A stretch of DNA of 64,000 nucleotides from Iphione sp. A-MEVVRFRX5. Lineage: Eukaryota. The notes under the pieces were generated by a model. The model saw only the letters and a program-made list of their open reading frames with translations. It did no database searches and had not been told where the DNA came from. This document shows positions 56,570 to 62,265 of the stretch, piece after piece (the first letter of the stretch is position 1; each line of letters opens with the position of its first letter). Both the position numbers and the translations under genes were made by a program. Where the stretch lies: contig OZ320313.1 of assembly GCA_976226885.1 (NCBI GenBank), positions 141,298,001 to 141,362,000 of the forward strand. The letters run 5' to 3'.

Positions 56570-57808
56570 ATTGGTGACAGCGGTGGGATCCCTGCCCTAG
56601 GGGCTGAGGCGGAGGAGGAGGCGGAGGTAGTCAAGCTCCGGGCGGAGTCGGCAGAGCCGGCGGAGCCCGGCGAGTCAGCGGAGGTCGCCGAAGAGCTGCC
56701 GGAGCCCGCCTGGCTCCGCCCGGAACCCGCCACTGACTGGGACGCACAGTCCATGGAGGGGAGCCAGCCTCTGGGTAGCGGGGATGCCCAAACAAGAGAT
56801 GAGGTGGGGCATGGGACTGACGAGGAAGAAAGAGAGCACGGAGCCCCTACCTCATCCGCCCCACACACATTCAATGAGGACACTGATGACCACCCTCCTC
56901 CGGAGGAAGACGAAGGAGAGGGGGAGCCGACCGACCAGGCAGCTGAACCGCTTTGGACTAGCTTCGTCCGGGAGCTGAGTTCTGCCCTTCGACCGGAAGG
57001 AGGAAGTAAGAAGAGCCTGGTGAAACCTGACACTTACGATGGGAGTACGCCCTTGCGGGACTTCCTACAACATTTTGAGCTGGTGGCCCTGGCAAACCAT
57101 TGGGGGGCCGGAGAGAAAGCCATCCAGTTAGGCATCACCTTGAGGAAGTTGGCTCGGGCGGTCCTACGGAGTTCGGGGATCGATGTGGAGAAGCCCCGAG
57201 CTTACCAGGAACTGGTGGCCGCCCTCATGGAGAGGTTCCAGTCCAAGCACCAGACAGATGCATACATCCAGCAACTGAAGGGGTGTCGGCAGGGGAAGGC
57301 CGAGGCCCTGGCGGACCTTGCAGACGAAATTGAGCAATTGGTACAGCTGGCCTACCCCGAGGCGAAGGGGGCCTGGAAGGACCGGATGTGTCGCGAATAC
57401 TACGTCGGGGCCCTCAGCAACGAGAAGATTCGGAAGTGGGTGACCCAGGCCCGAGTGGCAACCTTCCGTGAGGCGTTGTCAGCATCGCAAGTAGCGGAAT
57501 CTTACTATCAGCACAAGTCCGAAAGGGTGGGACCCAAGCGTGTGCATAAGCTGGAAGTGGCCACAGAGGAAGCTCCAACCAACAAGCCCACCCCCGGGAC
57601 CGAGGCTACAGCGGCGGGCTTCGAGCGGCTGGAGCTCCTGCTCCAACAGCTACTGGCAGGCCAACAAGGGGTGGAGAAGGAGAATCGCCGGCCAAATAAC
57701 AAGAAATGCTTCAATTGCGGGGAACTCGGGCATTTCAAGCGCAACTGTCCCCAGCCCTTGAAGGAGCAACCGTCGGGAAACAGGGCGGCGGCCGCCCCTC
57801 GCCAGTAG
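56546..57808 (+). CDS. gag: Gag (420 aa): acidic N-terminus, capsid-like domain, CCHC zinc knuckle
   Basis: KPDTYDGSTPLRDFLQHFELVALANHW, LMERF, LKGCRQG...LADLADEIEQL..LAYP and CFNCGELGHFKRNC. Confidence 0.93.
   Translation: MSLRSGQTIGDSGGIPALGAEAEEEAEVVKLRAESAEPAEPGESAEVAEELPEPAWLRPEPATDWDAQSMEGSQPLGSGDAQTRDEVGHGTDEEEREHGAPTSSAPHTFNEDTDDHPPPEEDEGEGEPTDQAAEPLWTSFVRELSSALRPEGGSKKSLVKPDTYDGSTPLRDFLQHFELVALANHWGAGEKAIQLGITLRKLARAVLRSSGIDVEKPRAYQELVAALMERFQSKHQTDAYIQQLKGCRQGKAEALADLADEIEQLVQLAYPEAKGAWKDRMCREYYVGALSNEKIRKWVTQARVATFREALSASQVAESYYQHKSERVGPKRVHKLEVATEEAPTNKPTPGTEATAAGFERLELLLQQLLAGQQGVEKENRRPNNKKCFNCGELGHFKRNCPQPLKEQPSGNRAAAAPRQ
56572..56589 (+). other. Primer binding site TGGTGACAGCGGTGGGAT (probably tRNA-Leu)
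   Basis: 18 nt, 2 nt after the LTR end. The complement ATCCCACCGCTGTCA-CCA has a Leu-like T-stem (ATCCCAC) and an A discriminator. Confidence 0.8.
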
Positions 57809-57819
57809 AGAGGGCGGCC
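57775..57819 (+). other. -1 programmed ribosomal frameshift signal at the gag-pol junction
   Basis: G GGA AAC heptamer in the gag frame (57775-57781), an 8-nt spacer, then stem ggccgccc(ctc) / (gag-a)gggcggcc (57790-57819). Pol is in the -1 frame. Confidence 0.8.
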
Positions 57820-60111
57820 AGTCCCCAACCCCACTTGGAAGAACATCTCCGGATGATTCAGCTGTCCTGTGGGCGGGAGGTCACTCTGGAAGGGGAGAGT
57901 GGCCCCACAACGAACATCACGCTACCTAGTGAAATCGACGGTCGGATAGTCCCCTGGTTAGTGGATACCGGAGCGTCGCTGACCCTGCTGTCGGAAGAAG
58001 TCGCCGACACCCTGCCGCTCGGAGAATTGGAGCCGACAGTGGGGTGGATTTTGTGTGCAGACAGGAAACCCCTACGAGTGAAGGGGAGGACGAGGTTGAA
58101 GGCGAGTTTCCAAGGGATCGAGCTGGAAGTCAAGGCTTGGGTTGCCCAAATCGACTGCCCCGCCATCTTGGGGCTGGATACGCTTCGCAAATGGAAAGCA
58201 CAGGTGGACACGGAGGGGGCCGCACTGCGGGTGCGGGTCCCCGAGGACAACGGCGCGAGTGGATGCCGGGCAGAGTTGGCGGAAGATTGCCACCTGGATG
58301 GGAGGAGTGCAGTGCAGGCCCCCTTGCGATGGGCGGGGCTGGAGACCGACACTGGACCCGTGGTGGTGGAAGCCTCCCCCGAGTGGGAGGGTGGCTCGGG
58401 GATGCTACTGGCACGGACGGTGTGCCAGGCGGGAAGTCAGTCCGGAGTGGCGGAAATAACCAACCCTGGCCCCGTGGGGCGTCGACTGAGAAAGGGAACC
58501 ATTGTCGGCAGGGTCCAGCGGGTGGATGGGCCGGTGCAGGCCGTTCCGGAGTGCGAAGAGGTGGCGGACGAGGACGTGGAGCTAGGACCAGCGCTCAGGA
58601 CCCTGCTAGAGCGCCTACCACCCATGACTACAGATGAGCGGCAAGGGATCGAACAGATGTTGCGGTGTAACGCGCGCTGTTTCCAGGAGGACGGGCAACC
58701 ACTTGGGCACACTGACACGGTTCAGCATTGGATTGACGTACAAGGACATGCCCCTATCCGGCAGAGGGTACGCCGCCTTCCCCCGGTGAAGAAAGCGCTG
58801 GTACAGCAAGAAGTGGACCAGATGCTGCAGCAGGGGGTACTAGAGGCCTCTACCAGCCCGTGGGCGTCTCCCGTGGTTCTGGTCCGGAAGAAGGACCAAT
58901 CCTGGCGATTTTGCATCGACTACCGTGCCCTTAATCGAGTAACGAAGAAGGATGCCTACCCCCTCCCGTGGATTGATGAGACATTGGACGCGTTGGAGGG
59001 AGCACGGTTTTTCTCGGCAATCGACCTGGCCAGTGGCTATTGGCAGGTAGGGGTGAGACCAGAGGATCGAGAGAAGACGGCTGTTTGTACTCCCGGTGGG
59101 CTCTACCAGTTCCGGGTCATGCCCTTCGGACTGTGTAATGCGCCCTCCACCTTCGAGCGGTTGATGGAGGCGGTGCTCCGGGGCCTGGTTGGACAGTCTT
59201 GCCTGGTCTACCTGGACGATGTGATCGTGATAGGGAGGACGGTAGAAGAAATGACCCGCCGACTCGACGAAGTCTTCAGCCGCCTGGGGGAGGCCGGACT
59301 TAAAGTAAAGCCGCAGAAGTGTCAGCTGTTCCAGAGGGAGGTGGCCTATCTGGGGCATCGTGTGTCTGAAGAGGGGGTCCAGCCCGACCCTGAGAAGATC
59401 CGGGCCATCCAAGAGTGGCCTCCACCGCGCTGCATCACGGAATTGAGGAGCTTCATCGGACTGTGCTCCTACTACAGGAGCTTCGTGGAGGGGTTCGCAA
59501 TGCTGGCGGCCCCCCTGCACGGACTCTTGGAGAAAGGAAAGGAGTATCGCTGGGATACCGAATGTCAGCAGGCGTTTGAACAATTGAAGGGACGGTTGGT
59601 GACGGCCCCCGTCTTGGCGTACCCGCGACCGGAGGGACAGCTAGTGCTGGACACCGATGCGTCAGCAGCTGGAATCGGAGCCGTACTGTCACAAGAACAG
59701 CAAGGACAGGAGTGGGTGTTGGCCTACGCCAGTCGAAGTCTCGCGCGTCCAGAGAAGAACTACTGTGTCACCCGGAAAGAACTGTTGGCGGTAGTCTTCG
59801 GCCTGCGTAAGTTTTGCTCTTATGTTGGAGGGCGAAAGGTGGTCATCCGGACGGACCATAGTTCATTACGTTGGCTATGCAGCTTCAAGGAACCGGAGGG
59901 ACAGTTGGCCCGTTGGCTCGAGGAAGTCCACTGTTATGACTTGGAGGTGATACACCGCCCGGGAAGAAAGCACGGGAACGCCGATGGCCTTTCGCGAGTC
60001 AAGTGCCCCCAGTGTGGACGGGACCCGGAGGAGGATCTGCCGACCCTGGGGCAAGTCGGTGTTGGTGGCCCCTGCCACATTGGACTCCCTAGCCCAAGCC
60101 CAGAAGGCTGA
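57775..60111 (+). CDS. pol: Pol part 1: aspartic protease, reverse transcriptase, RNase H
   Basis: LVDTGAS; SPWASPVVLVRKKD; IDLASGYWQV; VMPFGLCNAPSTF; YLDD; DTDASAAGIGAVLSQ; RTDHSSL; NADGLSR. Confidence 0.95.
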   Translation, partial: GKQGGGRPSPVERAASPQPHLEEHLRMIQLSCGREVTLEGESGPTTNITLPSEIDGRIVPWLVDTGASLTLLSEEVADTLPLGELEPTVGWILCADRKPLRVKGRTRLKASFQGIELEVKAWVAQIDCPAILGLDTLRKWKAQVDTEGAALRVRVPEDNGASGCRAELAEDCHLDGRSAVQAPLRWAGLETDTGPVVVEASPEWEGGSGMLLARTVCQAGSQSGVAEITNPGPVGRRLRKGTIVGRVQRVDGPVQAVPECEEVADEDVELGPALRTLLERLPPMTTDERQGIEQMLRCNARCFQEDGQPLGHTDTVQHWIDVQGHAPIRQRVRRLPPVKKALVQQEVDQMLQQGVLEASTSPWASPVVLVRKKDQSWRFCIDYRALNRVTKKDAYPLPWIDETLDALEGARFFSAIDLASGYWQVGVRPEDREKTAVCTPGGLYQFRVMPFGLCNAPSTFERLMEAVLRGLVGQSCLVYLDDVIVIGRTVEEMTRRLDEVFSRLGEAGLKVKPQKCQLFQREVAYLGHRVSEEGVQPDPEKIRAIQEWPPPRCITELRSFIGLCSYYRSFVEGFAMLAAPLHGLLEKGKEYRWDTECQQAFEQLKGRLVTAPVLAYPRPEGQLVLDTDASAAGIGAVLSQEQQGQEWVLAYASRSLARPEKNYCVTRKELLAVVFGLRKFCSYVGGRKVVIRTDHSSLRWLCSFKEPEGQLARWLEEVHCYDLEVIHRPGRKHGNADGLSRVKCPQCGRDPEEDLPTLGQVGVGGPCHIGLPSPSPEG

Positions 60112-61897
60112 GCCCGAAGTGGCGGCCCTCATTCAAGCCTGGGAGGCAGAAGAGCCCCTCCCTGGACTGACTGGTAGTGATTCCCCGGAGGGGAGGTGGC
60201 TGAAGAGCGAGTCACGGCGGCTGAAGATGAAAGACAATCTGCTTTGTCGACGCTGGGAGGCAGAGGACGGAACGCTGTGCTACCAGGCTTATGTGCCCCA
60301 GCCATTGAGATACGACATCTGGTGTGAAGTCCACGCGGGAGCGCTGGGGGGGCACCTCAGCGCCGAGAAGACAGAAGGTGCCCTCCGCCGGAAATATTGC
60401 TGGCCAGGACTCCGACACGATGTGGAACGTTGGGTGAAGGCTTGCCGTGAGTGCCAGCAGCGACAGGATCCGGCTCGCCGGCACCGGGCTCCCCTTCAGC
60501 TTCGGGTGGCCCCGGCCCCGTGGGAGTTCATAGCCGTGGATGTGTGTAGACCTTTCCCCGAGACAGAGCGAGGAAACAAGTACATCATTGTGGTGGCGGA
60601 TCACTTTACGAAGTGGACGGAGGCATTCCCCACTCCGGAGGTCACGGCGGCGAAGACAGCAGACGTCCTACTCCGAGAAATCATCTGTCGATACAGCCCC
60701 CCCCGTATTCTTCATTCCGACCAGGGCCGGAACTTCAAGGCGGCAGTGATGCGGGAACTCCTACAGATGCTGGGCATTCAACGGTCACGCACCACTCCGT
60801 ACCATCCCCAGAGTGATGGAGTCGTCGAAAGGTTCAACTGCACCCTCTTAGGAATGTTGGCCAAGGTGGTCCGGGAAGATCAATCCGACTGGGACCTCCG
60901 AGTGCCCTTCATTCTGGCGGCCTACCGGGCTACCCCGCACTGTACCACCGGGTTCTGTCCGAACTGGTTAACCTTACAACGCGAGACCACGCTTCCGGTG
61001 GAGCTGATGGTGGGCAGCCCCCGAGACGAGCCACAATCAGCTTCCGACTATGCCAAGCAGATTAGGGAGCGCTACATTCAAGGCCACCAGTTAGCCCGGC
61101 GCCACTTACAGAAGTCGGCCGAGCATCAGAAGGATTGGTACGATCAGCGAGTTTGTGAGCAAGAATTCGACGTTGGCGATCAAGTTTGGGTCTACTCACC
61201 GATAAAGAAGAAGGGGCGGTCCCCCAAATTGCAAAGTCGCTGGTTAGGACCGTGGACAATTCAAGCCAGGCTCAGTGCTGTCATCTACCGCATCTCTCGA
61301 AACCAGAAGACTCGGGTTGTCCATGCAGATCTGCTAAAGAAAGCGATCTCTCCTAGTTCAGAGGAAGAAGAAAGACTCGGGCGAGTGTGTGTCATCACCC
61401 TGATGCCGGACACGGATGCGGCCCCGGGGGGTGCGGGCCAACCTACTGTGCCCCTGCCCCGCTGGTACCGCTGTAGGCCTAAGACAACTGGCCAGCCGCC
61501 TGTGGTTCCCCACAGGAGCACCAGGGACAACAGGATGCCCCCGCCCCAGCAACGCCCTCCAATACAACGGATCCCCCAAGGCTGGGTGGACTTGGTGGCC
61601 CGGGAACTCCGTCTCCTGAGTGACCGGACTTGCCAAGTCCTGCTCCAATCGCGGGAAGTCGCGGGACGGAAGAGAGGAGAGAAGCCAGGCCCCTGCCCGG
61701 GGACCTACCGTCGGGCATGGCAGAGACTGCGAGGAATCAGGAGGAGGTTGCAGAGACAGTATGGCGGACGCGCGGTGCAGCACCTGGTGGAGACCCTCTG
61801 GAGGAAGATCGGAGAAAGAAGACACCCAGCCTGGGGTCGGCGACAGTTGAAGACGTCGAGCGGAACTCGCCCTGAGCCCTGGCGGAGCACACCCTAA
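60074..61897 (+). CDS. pol: Pol part 2: integrase (HHCC, DDE, GPW) plus a C-terminal extension of about 185 aa; separated from part 1 by a +1 frameshift
   Basis: VHAGALGGHL...CRECQ; AVDV, HSDQGRNF, DGVVERFN; RWLGPWTI; VVHADLLK. Confidence 0.92.
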   Translation, partial: ATLDSLAQAQKAEPEVAALIQAWEAEEPLPGLTGSDSPEGRWLKSESRRLKMKDNLLCRRWEAEDGTLCYQAYVPQPLRYDIWCEVHAGALGGHLSAEKTEGALRRKYCWPGLRHDVERWVKACRECQQRQDPARRHRAPLQLRVAPAPWEFIAVDVCRPFPETERGNKYIIVVADHFTKWTEAFPTPEVTAAKTADVLLREIICRYSPPRILHSDQGRNFKAAVMRELLQMLGIQRSRTTPYHPQSDGVVERFNCTLLGMLAKVVREDQSDWDLRVPFILAAYRATPHCTTGFCPNWLTLQRETTLPVELMVGSPRDEPQSASDYAKQIRERYIQGHQLARRHLQKSAEHQKDWYDQRVCEQEFDVGDQVWVYSPIKKKGRSPKLQSRWLGPWTIQARLSAVIYRISRNQKTRVVHADLLKKAISPSSEEEERLGRVCVITLMPDTDAAPGGAGQPTVPLPRWYRCRPKTTGQPPVVPHRSTRDNRMPPPQQRPPIQRIPQGWVDLVARELRLLSDRTCQVLLQSREVAGRKRGEKPGPCPGTYRRAWQRLRGIRRRLQRQYGGRAVQHLVETLWRKIGERRHPAWGRRQLKTSSGTRPEPWRSTP

Positions 61898-61963
61898 CGG
61901 GGCGGAGCCCGCCCAGAGACCGAGCTCCAGGCGGAGATTACACCGCACTCTGCCGCCATCCAG

Positions 61964-62064
61964 CCAATCAGAAGCAGACGCGGGAAAGTTCGACCAATCA
62001 GCGACTGGCGGAGCTAGCCCTGAAGGGATATAAGCTGGCGGCCCTAGAAGAGGCGATTCATTCC
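61964..62064 (+). promoter_or_regulatory. Internal RNA pol II promoter for ORF3
   Basis: CCAATCA at 61964 and 61994, TATAAG at 62029, and a perfect Inr TCATTCC at 62058-62064 (A is 31 nt from the TATA). Confidence 0.75.
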
Positions 62065-62265
62065 GTCCATCGCCGCGCTCCACCCACCCAGAGATACTTC
62101 CCGAATATTTCCCGCCCGGAACTGAGTACGTCTGCGGAGGTTTCCGCGGAGTTCGACCGGAGTTCGTCCAAGTCGCTGCCGGAGCTCGCAGACAGGCGGA
62201 GCTCGCTACACAAAGTCAGCGGAGCTCGCCCGGCGGAGCTTGCCCTACCAGAACCCGAGAAGACC

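Noticed and set aside
61740-61815. Resemblance of the integrase tail GRAVQHLVETLW to ORF0 GQVSQEVTHFLW
   Set aside because: Only G, Q and LW match and upstream spacing differs; too weak without a profile search.
61340-61897. Chromodomain at the integrase C-terminus
   Set aside because: No chromodomain aromatic-cage pattern or Y.VKW motif.
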